A stretch of 64,000 nucleotides of DNA from Clostridia bacterium (lineage in GTDB: Bacteria; Bacillota; Clostridia; Christensenellales; Borkfalkiaceae): NCBI GenBank assembly GCA_900767815.1, contig CAAGAM010000070.1:1315-65314 (forward strand), written 5' to 3'. The notes under the pieces are model-generated. The model searched no databases and was not told the origin of the DNA. It worked only from the letters and a program-made list of their open reading frames with translations. Shown in pieces: positions 1-9,479 of this stretch (positions are counted from its first letter, which is position 1; the number at the start of each line of letters is the position of its first letter). The position numbers were made by a program, and so were the translations under genes.

Positions 1-19
1 GAATACGCGCAAGCGGCTT

Positions 20-361
20 TTGATAGTCGCGGCGGTAGTCCTTCTTCTGTTTGTCGCGGTAAGCGTAGCGCAGCCGAAAGTTTCGGTGTATGCGGCGTCG
101 TTGAGCAGCGGCGGAGACGTTGCCGGCGCGGTGGAAGAAACCTGGGGCTCTGCGAAAGAGCAGATAAAACGGGTGGTGAATAACGTAATCTTTCCCGTGG
201 TGGATATGATACTTGCAATACTGTTTTTCGTAAAACTCGGCACGGCGTATTTCGATTACAGAAAACACGGACAGTTTGAGTTTACCGCGCCGTGCATATT
301 GTTTGCCTGCCTTGTGTTCACTCTGACGGCTCCGCTTTATATCTGGAAAATAATCGGATAG
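20..361 (+). CDS. small membrane protein at start of conjugative transfer module (5' end may lie outside window)
   Basis: Hydrophobic N-terminal segment plus two further TM-like stretches. First gene of a same-strand transfer cluster. No in-frame stop between the window start and nt 20. Confidence 0.4.
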   Translation: MIVAAVVLLLFVAVSVAQPKVSVYAASLSSGGDVAGAVEETWGSAKEQIKRVVNNVIFPVVDMILAILFFVKLGTAYFDYRKHGQFEFTAPCILFACLVFTLTAPLYIWKIIG

Positions 362-371
362 GAGGGCAAAT

Positions 372-1304
372 ATGTTCGGGTGGCTTCAGGAACTTATAGA
401 CGCCATCGTAAACGCCATCACCGGCGGGTTCAAAAGCGCGGCAAACGAGGTAACGAACTCCATATGGAACTTGATGCTGAAATGGTTGTATAACAGCGTT
501 TACAGTGCTATAGCCGACTTTTTCACGATGATGGGCAATATGGGAGCGGAGATTTTCGACCTTGCATGGATACAGGCGATAGTGAAACTTTTTACGCTGT
601 TCGGGTGGGGATTATTCGTTGCCGGAGTGGTCGTCGCCGTGTTCGATCTTGCCATAGAATTTCAAAGCGGAAGGGCAAACGTAAAGAACACTATGCTGAA
701 CATTCTTAAAGGTTTCTTTGCCTGTTCGCTTATAGGCATAGTGCCGATAGAACTATATAAATTTTGTATATCGCTTCAGAACACTTTTGCCGACGAACTC
801 GCAAGAATCTTTTCGTGGGAAAGCGGAATCGATTTCGCTACACGCGCAGGTATTATTCTCGGCAATGCGTTTTCGCCGGTGATGATCAATAACAATATAT
901 TGCTTAACACATTGCTTTTAATAGCGTTCGCGTATTGTATAATTAAGGTTTTCTTTCAAAATATCAAGAGAGGAGGAATACTTCTCGTGCAGATGTCGGT
1001 CGGTTCGTTATATATGTTTTCCGTACCTCGCGGTTATTCGGACGGGTTTACACAATGGATGAAACAGGTTGCCGCGCTGTGTCTGACAGCATTTATGCAG
1101 ACAACGTTATTGTTTGCAGGGCTGATGACGTTTTCGGTAAATATGCTGTTGGGGTTTGGAATAATGCTTGCGGCAAGCGAAGTGCCGAGAATCGCTCAAC
1201 AGTTCGGACTCGACAGTTCGACGAAGTTCAATATGATGAACGCGGTTCACGCGACGACAACGGCTATAAACTTAACTCGCGCGATAGCAAGGAGCGGAAA
1301 ATGA
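372..1304 (+). CDS. polytopic membrane protein, VirB6/TrbL-like conjugal transfer protein
   Basis: 310 aa with about six hydrophobic helices. Sits upstream of PrgI-like and VirB4 genes. An RBS-like GGAGGG lies 5 nt upstream. Confidence 0.45.
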   Translation: MFGWLQELIDAIVNAITGGFKSAANEVTNSIWNLMLKWLYNSVYSAIADFFTMMGNMGAEIFDLAWIQAIVKLFTLFGWGLFVAGVVVAVFDLAIEFQSGRANVKNTMLNILKGFFACSLIGIVPIELYKFCISLQNTFADELARIFSWESGIDFATRAGIILGNAFSPVMINNNILLNTLLLIAFAYCIIKVFFQNIKRGGILLVQMSVGSLYMFSVPRGYSDGFTQWMKQVAALCLTAFMQTTLLFAGLMTFSVNMLLGFGIMLAASEVPRIAQQFGLDSSTKFNMMNAVHATTTAINLTRAIARSGK

Positions 1305-1678
1305 CGAAAAATAACGAGCTCGAAAGAAAAGATATAGTAGTTGACCGAGATATGGATGTTGACTGCGAAAACGCAACCGAAATTACGGCATATTTAGAAA
1401 CATGGTTCGACGTAGACAAAAAGTTCGGAACGAACACCAAAGACGATGACGACGTATGGCTGAATGTGTACGCGAAGTATAATCCATTTGACGATACTTT
1501 AAGAATCGAATGCGAGATTGATAAGCCGAAAGGCAGTGAATATTTCGACTATACGCCGACGGAAGCGGAAGAAAGGCTTATAAAGGACATGATTGCGGAA
1601 AAGATCAAGTCGGAATACGGGCAGACACCGCAGGATTTTTGCAAGGATTTTCAAGTAGATGAGCAGAAGATGGGTTGA
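1301..1678 (+). CDS. hypothetical acidic protein of transfer module
   Basis: The ATG at 1301 overlaps the upstream TGA (ATGA coupling). The six-frame ORF 1055..1678 is the same frame extended upstream through an overlap. No recognisable family. Confidence 0.45.
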   Translation: MTKNNELERKDIVVDRDMDVDCENATEITAYLETWFDVDKKFGTNTKDDDDVWLNVYAKYNPFDDTLRIECEIDKPKGSEYFDYTPTEAEERLIKDMIAEKIKSEYGQTPQDFCKDFQVDEQKMG

Positions 1679-1827
1679 TAAAATGAAGCAATTTAATATG
1701 CTTGCAGAGATTTACTTTCTTCTGCCTTTCGCCGCGATTTTTGCGGGACAGACTTGCGTGATGATATGCCAAAATGCTTGATAACGGTATTATAGCCTTA
1801 CTTTTATAAGATTAACGGAGAAAAGAT

Positions 1828-2088
1828 ATGAAATATTTATATCCTAAAAACTTAAAATCCAAAGCGAATTTGTGGCTGTGGAGTATGAAAGATTTTGCTG
1901 TTTTATGCATAGTGGCGCTTGTGTCGGTTCTTGCCTTGGTAGAACTCAAAATCTATACTCCCGCAGTCGTAACTTTGTGCTATGGATTTTTAACTATTCG
2001 TAAAGACGACGCGACGGTTCTGTATTATATCAAATACGCCGTGTGCTACTTTATAACCGATCAACAAACGTATAAGTGGAAGGAATAA
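1828..2088 (+). CDS. PrgI-family (VirB3-like) small membrane protein
   Basis: 86 aa with a central hydrophobic hairpin (DFAVLCIVALVSVLAL). It sits immediately upstream of VirB4, as in Gram-positive T4SS loci. Confidence 0.45.
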   Translation: MKYLYPKNLKSKANLWLWSMKDFAVLCIVALVSVLALVELKIYTPAVVTLCYGFLTIRKDDATVLYYIKYAVCYFITDQQTYKWKE

Positions 2089-2089
2089 T

Positions 2090-2680
2090 ATGGGAAAGAA
2101 AAAGCAGAAAAAGAAAAACGCAACGGCGGTGCAGACGCTTATAGGAATAAAAGGTTTCACCGAATACGGACTTTCCACTACGGGCGGCGAATTGTTGTTT
2201 TTCGTTATTTCGCCGACAAATATATCGGTGTTAAGTTCTGATAGCGTAGAGAGTAAGATAAGAAAATTAACGCTTGCATTGTCCGCCGCTCCGGATATGG
2301 AAATCGTATGCGCCGATTCGGCGGAACGTTTTGACGACAATAAGGTGTATTTGCAGGAAAGGATAAACAATGAGCCGAACTCGCAGATAAAAACGCTTCT
2401 GAAAAAGGATGCGGCGTTTCTAGACGAGATTCAGGCGGAACTCACCACGGCTCGACAGTTTATATTTATTGCAAGGTGCAAAGGCTTAAAACCGTCGCAA
2501 GTTTTCTCGTATGCGAATACGGTAAGTAAGGTCTTGTCCGAACAAGGTTTTGACGTTCATAGAATGAAGAAACCTATGATTAAACGACTTATAGCCCTAT
2601 ATTTCGACGCTTCTTTAACGGGCGAAAACATTCCCGATTACGACGGCGAGCAGTATTTTAACTTAAAGGAGAACGAATAA
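2090..2680 (+). CDS. VirB4/TrsE-family ATPase, N-terminal domain encoded as a separate 196-aa ORF
   Basis: The sequence TLIGIKGFTEYGL..GELLFFVISPTNISVLS matches the extreme N-terminal region of Gram-positive VirB4 (PrgJ/TrsE). It ends at a TAA that overlaps the ATG of the next ORF in a different frame. Confidence 0.55.
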   Translation: MGKKKQKKKNATAVQTLIGIKGFTEYGLSTTGGELLFFVISPTNISVLSSDSVESKIRKLTLALSAAPDMEIVCADSAERFDDNKVYLQERINNEPNSQIKTLLKKDAAFLDEIQAELTTARQFIFIARCKGLKPSQVFSYANTVSKVLSEQGFDVHRMKKPMIKRLIALYFDASLTGENIPDYDGEQYFNLKENE

Positions 2681-4521
2681 TGTCAAAGAAAAAGATATCG
2701 CCGGAGAAGGCGGAGAAAATCGATACGAAAACGTTTTTCGATTGCGTTCTGCCGGGAATAATCAAATTCAACGTCGACCATTATATCGTCGGCGACAGTT
2801 ACAGGAGCGCATGGGCGGTAAGAGAATATCCGCCGCTTACCGAACAGCAAGCGATTTTTGCGAGAATTGCAGATAAGAACGGCGTAACCTTGCGGATATA
2901 TCACAGGCTTGTGGAAGCGGCGGAGCAAAGAAAAATCATTCAGAACGCCACGAGAAAAAACAAGATGAAATCCACCGCAAACGATATGACTGACAGCGTG
3001 GAGGCGGAAGGCAATTTGCAGGACGTAATCGACCTTCTGGCGAGTTTAAGAAAGAGCCGCGAGTGTTTACTCCATTGCGCCGTGTTTATCGAATTAAAGG
3101 CAAAATCGCTCGAAAGTTTGAGAGAACTTCAAAACGAAACGCTTATGGAACTTGCAAGGGCGAAGATTACGGTCGACAGGCTTACCTTAAGACAAAAAGA
3201 AGGCTTTTTGTCTGTTCTGCCCTTCGGCGCGAATCAGTTCGGAACGCTGTATGAAAGAGTACTCCCCGCAAGTTCGGCGGCAAATTTCTATCCGTTTGCT
3301 TTTTCGGGCAAGACCGATTCGAACGGGTTTTATATCGGTAAAGATAAATACGGCACGAACGTAATCGTCGATCTCGACCGCCGAACAGAAGATAAAACGA
3401 CGAGCAACGTTTTAATTCTCGGTAACAGCGGACAAGGGAAAAGTTATCTGATGAAACTTTTGCTTACGAATATCCGCGAGTCGGGCAAGAAGGTGATTTG
3501 CCTCGATCCCGAAAGTGAGTACGAAGAACTATGCAGAAATCTCGGCGGGTGCTATATCGATTTTTTATCGGGAGAGTATAAGATAAATCCGTTAGAGCCG
3601 AAAGCGTGGACGGAAACAACGGGCGAAACAAGCGGAAAAGAAGAAAGTACGGAAAATTGTCCCGAAGCGTTCAAAAAGGTAACGCGCCTGTCACAGCATA
3701 TAGCCTTCTTAAAAGATTTCTTCAAGGCGTATAAAGATTTCGACGATACGCAAATCGATACGATAGAAATTCTTTTAACGAAACTATACGAAAAGTGCGG
3801 TATTACGGACGAAACGGACTATACGCAAAAAACAGCGAAAGATTATCCCACGATGTCGGATTTTTACGCGCTTTGCGAGGAAGAATACGTTTCATACGAC
3901 AAGGAAAAGAAATATCTGTATTCGGAAGAAACGTTGCAGGAGGTTTGTCTCGGAATTCATTCCATGTGCGTCGGCGCGGAAAGCAAATATTTTGACGGGC
4001 ATACGAATATAACTTCGGACGATTTTTTGTGTTTTGGGGTAAAAGGATTGTTGGAGTCAAACCGCAGACTTAAAGACGCAATGCTGTTCAATATCCTTTC
4101 GTATATGTCGAACAAATTGCTCGGCGAAGGCAATACGGTGGCGAGCATTGACGAATTGTATTTGTTTTTAACGAATATGACGGCAATCGAGTATATCCGA
4201 AACGCCATGAAACGCGTAAGAAAAAAGGACTCGTCGGTAATACTTGCGAGTCAGAATATAGAGGACTTCCTTCTGCCTTCGATCCGCGAATTTACGAAAC
4301 CGCTGTTTTCTATTCCGACGCATCAATTTTTATTCAATGCAGGGCAAATCAACCCGAAAGAATATATGGACGCGTTGCAGATTGAACCGAGCGAGTTTGA
4401 ACTTTTTCGATATCCCGAACGCGGAACGTGCTTGTACCGTTGCGGAAACGAAAGGTATTTGCTCGAAGTAATCGCGCCCGAATATAAGGCGGAATTGTTC
4501 GGCAAAGGGGGCGGCAGATAA
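2680..4521 (+). CDS. VirB4/TrsE/PrgJ-family T4SS ATPase (main body, 613 aa)
   Basis: Walker A motif GNSGQGKS, VirB4-like N-proximal motif IVGDSYRSAWAVREYPP, and length/order consistent with T4SS ATPases. An AAGGAGA RBS lies 8 nt upstream. Confidence 0.75.
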   Translation: MSKKKISPEKAEKIDTKTFFDCVLPGIIKFNVDHYIVGDSYRSAWAVREYPPLTEQQAIFARIADKNGVTLRIYHRLVEAAEQRKIIQNATRKNKMKSTANDMTDSVEAEGNLQDVIDLLASLRKSRECLLHCAVFIELKAKSLESLRELQNETLMELARAKITVDRLTLRQKEGFLSVLPFGANQFGTLYERVLPASSAANFYPFAFSGKTDSNGFYIGKDKYGTNVIVDLDRRTEDKTTSNVLILGNSGQGKSYLMKLLLTNIRESGKKVICLDPESEYEELCRNLGGCYIDFLSGEYKINPLEPKAWTETTGETSGKEESTENCPEAFKKVTRLSQHIAFLKDFFKAYKDFDDTQIDTIEILLTKLYEKCGITDETDYTQKTAKDYPTMSDFYALCEEEYVSYDKEKKYLYSEETLQEVCLGIHSMCVGAESKYFDGHTNITSDDFLCFGVKGLLESNRRLKDAMLFNILSYMSNKLLGEGNTVASIDELYLFLTNMTAIEYIRNAMKRVRKKDSSVILASQNIEDFLLPSIREFTKPLFSIPTHQFLFNAGQINPKEYMDALQIEPSEFELFRYPERGTCLYRCGNERYLLEVIAPEYKAELFGKGGGR

Positions 4522-5003
4522 TGGCTGTGCCTATCATACCGATACTCAAAAAGATCGGCGCGGCGGTGTTGTCGAATAAAAAAGGCAGAAAAACGGTTCT
4601 GTATCTTATACTAATCGTAACGATAATCGTAATGTTGCCCGCGATAGCGGTGATGGGCATCTTCTCGAACGATGTAAGAATCGATACGAGCGAAATAGAA
4701 AGCATAATGCAGGAAAGAGAAAAAATTGAAGCGGAACGGCACGCCGAGATAGAGCGGGTAATGACGGACGCGGGGTATAACGAAATAAAAATACGGGAAG
4801 CGCAGGCGATATATTCGTTTGCGCTTTTTGATATTGCTGTCGACGATTTAGCGCAGAAACTTTCCGATTGCTTTTCGGCTGAAACGGACGAAGAACTTGT
4901 TGAAAAGATAAACACCGCGTTCGGAACAAATTTTGCGTATGAAGAAATCGTCGCCGTGTTAGAGAGCGTAAGGCAAGAATATGAGAATGAAAGGAGCGGA
5001 TAA
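4521..5003 (+). CDS. membrane-anchored hypothetical protein (transfer module)
   Basis: TAATG overlap with the VirB4 stop. One N-terminal TM helix, then a charged coiled-coil-like region. Confidence 0.45.
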   Translation: MAVPIIPILKKIGAAVLSNKKGRKTVLYLILIVTIIVMLPAIAVMGIFSNDVRIDTSEIESIMQEREKIEAERHAEIERVMTDAGYNEIKIREAQAIYSFALFDIAVDDLAQKLSDCFSAETDEELVEKINTAFGTNFAYEEIVAVLESVRQEYENERSG

Positions 5004-5004
5004 A

Positions 5005-5832
5005 ATGAAAAAAGAAACAGAATTAAAGGCAAAGTTGTATGATGCGGTCGAACGATGGTACGATTCACTCGATAATCTTGCCAAAAAATTGCAGGACGAT
5101 ATTTCGGGCGAAAAACCGTTCGAACAGTCCGAAGGCGACAGAGTCGGGTTGACCTTTGTTTTAGATTATATGGACGACTTAAAGAAAGAGATTAAGCAAC
5201 TGCACGAAAATATTGCAACCATTAGACCGACGGAAAAACTGAGATTAAACGCAATGATGTGGCGCAAACCTGAAACACTGGAACCGTTGTCATTCAAAGT
5301 GTCGGAAGTAATAGTGGTTTCCGATGCGGAATTCAGAGACGTTATGAAAAATTCGCTGGAAGATAGAGAGTATCTGTCGGGCAGACACGGCGATGACACT
5401 TGCGTTTTGCTCTTAAGCGAAACCGGCGACGACGGAATTCTTGTTGATACGCAAGGTTGTAATTATCCGCGATATGCGGCGTTTATACCGAAAGCGAAAA
5501 TAATCGCAAACGAATTTATGCAACGGGTTACCGAAGAACAGGATTCGGATGACGGCGAGAAGAACAAAACGAAACGTAAACGCGGAGAAGAAATAAAGGA
5601 CGAAAAAAGCGATGAAAAACAGAAGGTTACGGATATGCTCTCGGCGGAAGATATTGCGGAGCAGGCGGAATATGCTGCGAACGCGCCGAAATGTTGTTCG
5701 GAAAAAGAGCGTGCGTTAAATATGCTCGGAATGCTCGGCTCGAATATAGCCGACGAAGATATCTATCACGACGAAAGCGACCACGATGAAATAACGGAAA
5801 AGGGGCATTCGCTTGAAATGAATATGCAGTAA
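5005..5832 (+). CDS. hypothetical protein with acidic Lys/Glu-rich C-terminus
   Basis: The ATG at 5005 is preceded by an AAGGAGCGGA RBS. The six-frame ORF 4981..5832 includes a less likely upstream start. Confidence 0.45.
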   Translation: MKKETELKAKLYDAVERWYDSLDNLAKKLQDDISGEKPFEQSEGDRVGLTFVLDYMDDLKKEIKQLHENIATIRPTEKLRLNAMMWRKPETLEPLSFKVSEVIVVSDAEFRDVMKNSLEDREYLSGRHGDDTCVLLLSETGDDGILVDTQGCNYPRYAAFIPKAKIIANEFMQRVTEEQDSDDGEKNKTKRKRGEEIKDEKSDEKQKVTDMLSAEDIAEQAEYAANAPKCCSEKERALNMLGMLGSNIADEDIYHDESDHDEITEKGHSLEMNMQ

Positions 5833-6054
5833 AAGTCGTTTCCTATTTGGTTGCAGGAATAAGCGAAGGGGTTGCGGTCACGCCCCCTTCGCGGTTTACG
5901 GCGGACGGCAATGCCGACCGCATAAGGGATTTTGAGAAAAGAGGGCAATGGGTTGCAAAATTAGCCTATTTCAGAGAAAAGAGTCGAGTGTTGCAAAATA
6001 CGGCGAAGTGAAAAGAAAAATCAAGGCGTTGCAGGGCGCAAAGGAGGGAAAACT
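5833..6054. promoter_or_regulatory. candidate oriT / relaxosome-binding region upstream of mobC-like and relaxase genes
   Basis: Five copies of GTTGC(A/G)(A/G)(A/G) at 5850, 5871, 5943, 5981 and 6028. An 8-bp stem hairpin CGAAGGGG..CCCCTTCG at 5864-5891. The position upstream of the RHH accessory gene is typical for oriT. Confidence 0.3.
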
Positions 6055-6462
6055 ATGTCCGAGCCGAAAGATAAAAGGAAATTCGCGCTGTGGGTGCGGG
6101 AAGAAACAATGGAGAAAGTAGAAAAATTATATCGCGCGGAAAATGTAAAAAGTCGCTCGGAATTTATAGAAAAAGCAATCAATTTTTATTGCGGCTATCT
6201 TACGGCGAACGACGGAAAAGAATATTTCCCGCAGGTAATCGTTTCTACCTTGCAAGGCACGCTCGGCGCATTTGAAAACCGTATGGCAAGCCTGTTATTC
6301 AAAATAGCGGTGGAACTTTCAATGTCGCTCCACGTTACGGCGGCGAACAGCGAAATCGACGAAGAAACGCTTATAAAACTTCGCGGGCTTTGCGTGGACG
6401 AAGTAAAGCGTATTCGCGGAACGGTGTCGTTCGACGATGCGTATAAATTTCAGAAAGGGTAA
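6055..6462 (+). CDS. ribbon-helix-helix relaxosome accessory protein (MobC-like)
   Basis: 135 aa with an N-terminal KRKFALWVREETMEKVEKLY motif typical of RHH mobilisation proteins. It directly precedes the relaxase with a TAATG overlap. RBS AAGGAGGG upstream. Confidence 0.5.
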   Translation: MSEPKDKRKFALWVREETMEKVEKLYRAENVKSRSEFIEKAINFYCGYLTANDGKEYFPQVIVSTLQGTLGAFENRMASLLFKIAVELSMSLHVTAANSEIDEETLIKLRGLCVDEVKRIRGTVSFDDAYKFQKG

Positions 6463-8519
6463 TGGCAAGGCTTATCGTGAAGTGGCGGTATATCAAGCCC
6501 GGCGCGCCCAAGCAAGGCGAGCATTACGTTGACTATATAGCAACGCGCGAGGGTGTGGAAATCGAGGACGAAAAGTGGAAGGACGAACCCGCCACGAAAG
6601 AACAGGAAAAGTTAGTTAATCGGCTTATAGCCGACTTTCCCGATTGTAAAGACAGTTTTGAGTATCAGGATTACGCGACGGCAAAGACGAAATATACGGC
6701 AACGACGTTTATTGATAAAGCGATAGAAGAAAACGTGGATCGGATAGGAAAGAAAGAAAACTATATCGGGTATATAGCGATGCGTCCGCGCGTTGAGAAG
6801 TCAGGCGCGCACGGATTGTTTTCTTATTCGGACGAGTCTATAAAACTATCTAAAGTAGCGAAAGAAGTCGGCAATCACGACGGCATTGTGTGGACGACGG
6901 TAATTTCGTTAAAACGCGAAGACGCGGAAAAACTCGGCTATGATAATTTGCCTGCTTGGAAAACACTTTTGCGGGCGAAGTCGCAGGATCTTGCAAACGC
7001 AATGGGCGTTCCTATAACGGATATGAAATGGTATGCGGCGTTTCATAACGAAAGCGGGCATCCGCACGTCCATCTCGTTTCGTATTCCATAGGCAAAGAG
7101 CCGTATATGACGAGACAAGGTCTTGAAAAGTTAAAAGCCGCTTACGCGCACGAGATATTCAAAAACGATTTATATGAGATTTACGAAAAACAGACGGAAT
7201 ATCGCGACGAGATTCGTACCGAGAGTAAAGAAAAAATAGCGGAGATTATTCGTGAGATAAACGGCAAAAAATACGAAAACGAAACGCTTGAACTAATGCT
7301 GAAAGCACTTGCCGAAAAACTGCAAAAATATAAAGGCAAGAAAGTTTACGGGTATTTGCCGAAAGAGGTCAAAAACCTTGTTAACGGTGTTATAGACGAA
7401 CTTATGCGGGATAACGACTTGCAAAAATTATACGAATTATGGTACGAACAGCGGGAGAACGTATTGAAAACTTATCGGGATAAAATGCCCGCAAGGTTGC
7501 CGCTTTCCGCAAACAAAGAATTCACGTCGGTGCGTAACGCGGTGATTGCCGAAGCGTTGAATTTGTCGTTTTCATCCACGCCCGTGATAGACGAAACACT
7601 CGCCGAACCGACGGATAAAGAAATAGAGAAAAGCGAGAAAAAATCGCGAAAGGACTATAAAACGGCATGGCAGTTTTACGATTGGGCAAAGGCTTGCGCG
7701 GATAAAAACGGCGAAGAATACAACCCCGAATTTGCTGTGAAATTATTTACGGAAGCGGCAAACGGCGGCATTACCGTGGCGAAATATAAACTCGGCAAAA
7801 TGCTTTTAAATGGCGATGGCGTGGAGAAAGATATACCGAAAGCGATCGAATGGTTGAAACAAGCGGCGGTGGAAGAAAACGAGTTCGCGGAATACGCGCT
7901 CGGCAGGCTTTTTCTGAAAGGTGAAGAGGTAGAAAAAGATGTTTTTGCGGCAGAAGAATATCTGTTAAAATCCGCAAGTCGCGGAAATAAATACGCGGCA
8001 TATTTGCTCGGAAAAGAGTATTTAAGCGGAGAAAATTTCGGGAAGGATGCTATGAAGGCTGTCGAGTATCTCGAACTTGCTGCGGAGAAAGATTTTGAAC
8101 CTGCGGAATATATTCTCGGTAAAGAATACTTGCGCGGAGAAAACTTTCCGAAAGACGTTCAAAAGGCAATCGATTATCTTAAACGCTCGGCAGAAAATGG
8201 TTTGAGTTTCGCCGAATACGAACTCGGTAAAATATATCTTTTCGGTAACGATATTCCAAAAGATACGGAAACTGCGTTGGAGTATCTGAAGTCCGCGGCG
8301 GCAAACGGAAACGAATACGCTCGAGCGTTGCTTATGCAAAGAGAATTGTTTCAAAAACAAAGCATAAATCTTGCTATAGGTCGATTATTCGCATATTTAG
8401 TTAAAGCATTGCAAGAAAAAACGGAAGCGGAACTCGACGCTAAAATAGCAAGAACGGACAGAAAACTCCGCCGTAAAATAGCGGAGAAAAAGCAGGCGCA
8501 AGGGCTGAAATTAGAATAG
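6462..8519 (+). CDS. conjugative relaxase (MobP/MobQ-like His-motif nuclease) fused to C-terminal Sel1-like repeat array
   Basis: The HNESGHPHVHLVSY histidine-triad motif and N-terminal relaxase-like region are present. The C-terminal ~250 aa contain six or more ~36-aa repeats of the A(E)YxLGxxYLxGExxxKDxxKAxEYL type (Sel1/TPR-like). Confidence 0.7.
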   Translation: MARLIVKWRYIKPGAPKQGEHYVDYIATREGVEIEDEKWKDEPATKEQEKLVNRLIADFPDCKDSFEYQDYATAKTKYTATTFIDKAIEENVDRIGKKENYIGYIAMRPRVEKSGAHGLFSYSDESIKLSKVAKEVGNHDGIVWTTVISLKREDAEKLGYDNLPAWKTLLRAKSQDLANAMGVPITDMKWYAAFHNESGHPHVHLVSYSIGKEPYMTRQGLEKLKAAYAHEIFKNDLYEIYEKQTEYRDEIRTESKEKIAEIIREINGKKYENETLELMLKALAEKLQKYKGKKVYGYLPKEVKNLVNGVIDELMRDNDLQKLYELWYEQRENVLKTYRDKMPARLPLSANKEFTSVRNAVIAEALNLSFSSTPVIDETLAEPTDKEIEKSEKKSRKDYKTAWQFYDWAKACADKNGEEYNPEFAVKLFTEAANGGITVAKYKLGKMLLNGDGVEKDIPKAIEWLKQAAVEENEFAEYALGRLFLKGEEVEKDVFAAEEYLLKSASRGNKYAAYLLGKEYLSGENFGKDAMKAVEYLELAAEKDFEPAEYILGKEYLRGENFPKDVQKAIDYLKRSAENGLSFAEYELGKIYLFGNDIPKDTETALEYLKSAAANGNEYARALLMQRELFQKQSINLAIGRLFAYLVKALQEKTEAELDAKIARTDRKLRRKIAEKKQAQGLKLE

Positions 8520-8528
8520 GAGGGATAG

Positions 8529-9479
8529 GTGAAAATGTCAGAGTTTGTGTATTTCACGCCGCAAGAAAAAGAAGCGGCAAGGAATGCGGACATCGCGGAA
8601 ATGTTGGAGCGACAAGGCGAACGGTTAAAGCGCAGCGGTTCGGAATACGAGTGGGGCGAAGGCAGCGAACGGGTTACGATACGCGGCAATCTTTGGTATC
8701 ACCAATACGAGCAGAAAGGCGGCAACGCCGTGTCGTTCGTACAGAAATTTATGGATAAAACCTACGTCGAGGCGATGAAATTCATTCTCGGCGACGGCGC
8801 GGGAGAGATTAAACAAGTTGAGCCGAAACAGGCAAAGCTAAAAGAGAAAAGAGAATTCGAGCCGCCCGCGCTTACCAATGATCCGAGAAAAGCCTATGCG
8901 TATCTGAACGTTCGGCGCGGAATACCGAAAGACGTTCTCGTACCGTTTTTCAAAAAGAAACTTATAGGCGAAACGAAGAAGTACGCGAATGTTGCGTTTA
9001 TGGGGTACGATACGGACGGCAATCTGAAGCACGTTAATTTACGAACATCCTATTCGAACGCGACTTTCAAAGGCAACGCGCCCGGCAGTACGCCCGAATA
9101 CTCGTTTCATTACACGGGGCAAAGCGAGAAACTGTATTTATTCGAAGCGCCCATAGATATGCTTTCTTTTATTGCCATGAAAGGCGACGGCTGGCAATAC
9201 CATAGTTATGCGGCTTGTTGCGGCGTGGGCGACAGAGTGCTGTTTCAGATGCTGAAAGATAATGCGAATATCAAGAAAGTGTTTTTGTGTCTGGATAACG
9301 ACTGGGCGGGACGAGTCGCCGAATACCGGATCGCAGAAAAACTGAAAGAAAACGGGCTTGAGTTTAATATAAAAATACCGAAAGGCAAGGACTGGAATGA
9401 AGATTTATTGACGGCGAAAGAACAATTAACGTTACAAAACACGGAGGTGGAAGAATGTCGGGAATTACGATACTCATAA
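8529..9479 (+). CDS. Toprim-domain primase-like protein (DUF3991/zinc-finger + Toprim)
   Basis: N-terminal zinc-binding-like segment and a C-terminal Toprim-like acidic cluster (LCLDNDWAGRVAEYR). Common ICE cargo between relaxase and coupling protein. Confidence 0.6.
   Translation: MKMSEFVYFTPQEKEAARNADIAEMLERQGERLKRSGSEYEWGEGSERVTIRGNLWYHQYEQKGGNAVSFVQKFMDKTYVEAMKFILGDGAGEIKQVEPKQAKLKEKREFEPPALTNDPRKAYAYLNVRRGIPKDVLVPFFKKKLIGETKKYANVAFMGYDTDGNLKHVNLRTSYSNATFKGNAPGSTPEYSFHYTGQSEKLYLFEAPIDMLSFIAMKGDGWQYHSYAACCGVGDRVLFQMLKDNANIKKVFLCLDNDWAGRVAEYRIAEKLKENGLEFNIKIPKGKDWNEDLLTAKEQLTLQNTEVEECRELRYS

Noticed and set aside
1055-1678. Longer 207-aa version of the ORF starting at 1055
   Set aside because: Its first 82 codons overlap the VirB6-like gene in another frame. 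The ATG at 1301 with ATGA coupling is the parsimonious start.
4349-5068. 239-aa minus-strand ORF spanning the VirB4 3' end and downstream gene
   Set aside because: Serine/Ile-rich low-complexity sequence antisense to coupled + strand transfer genes.
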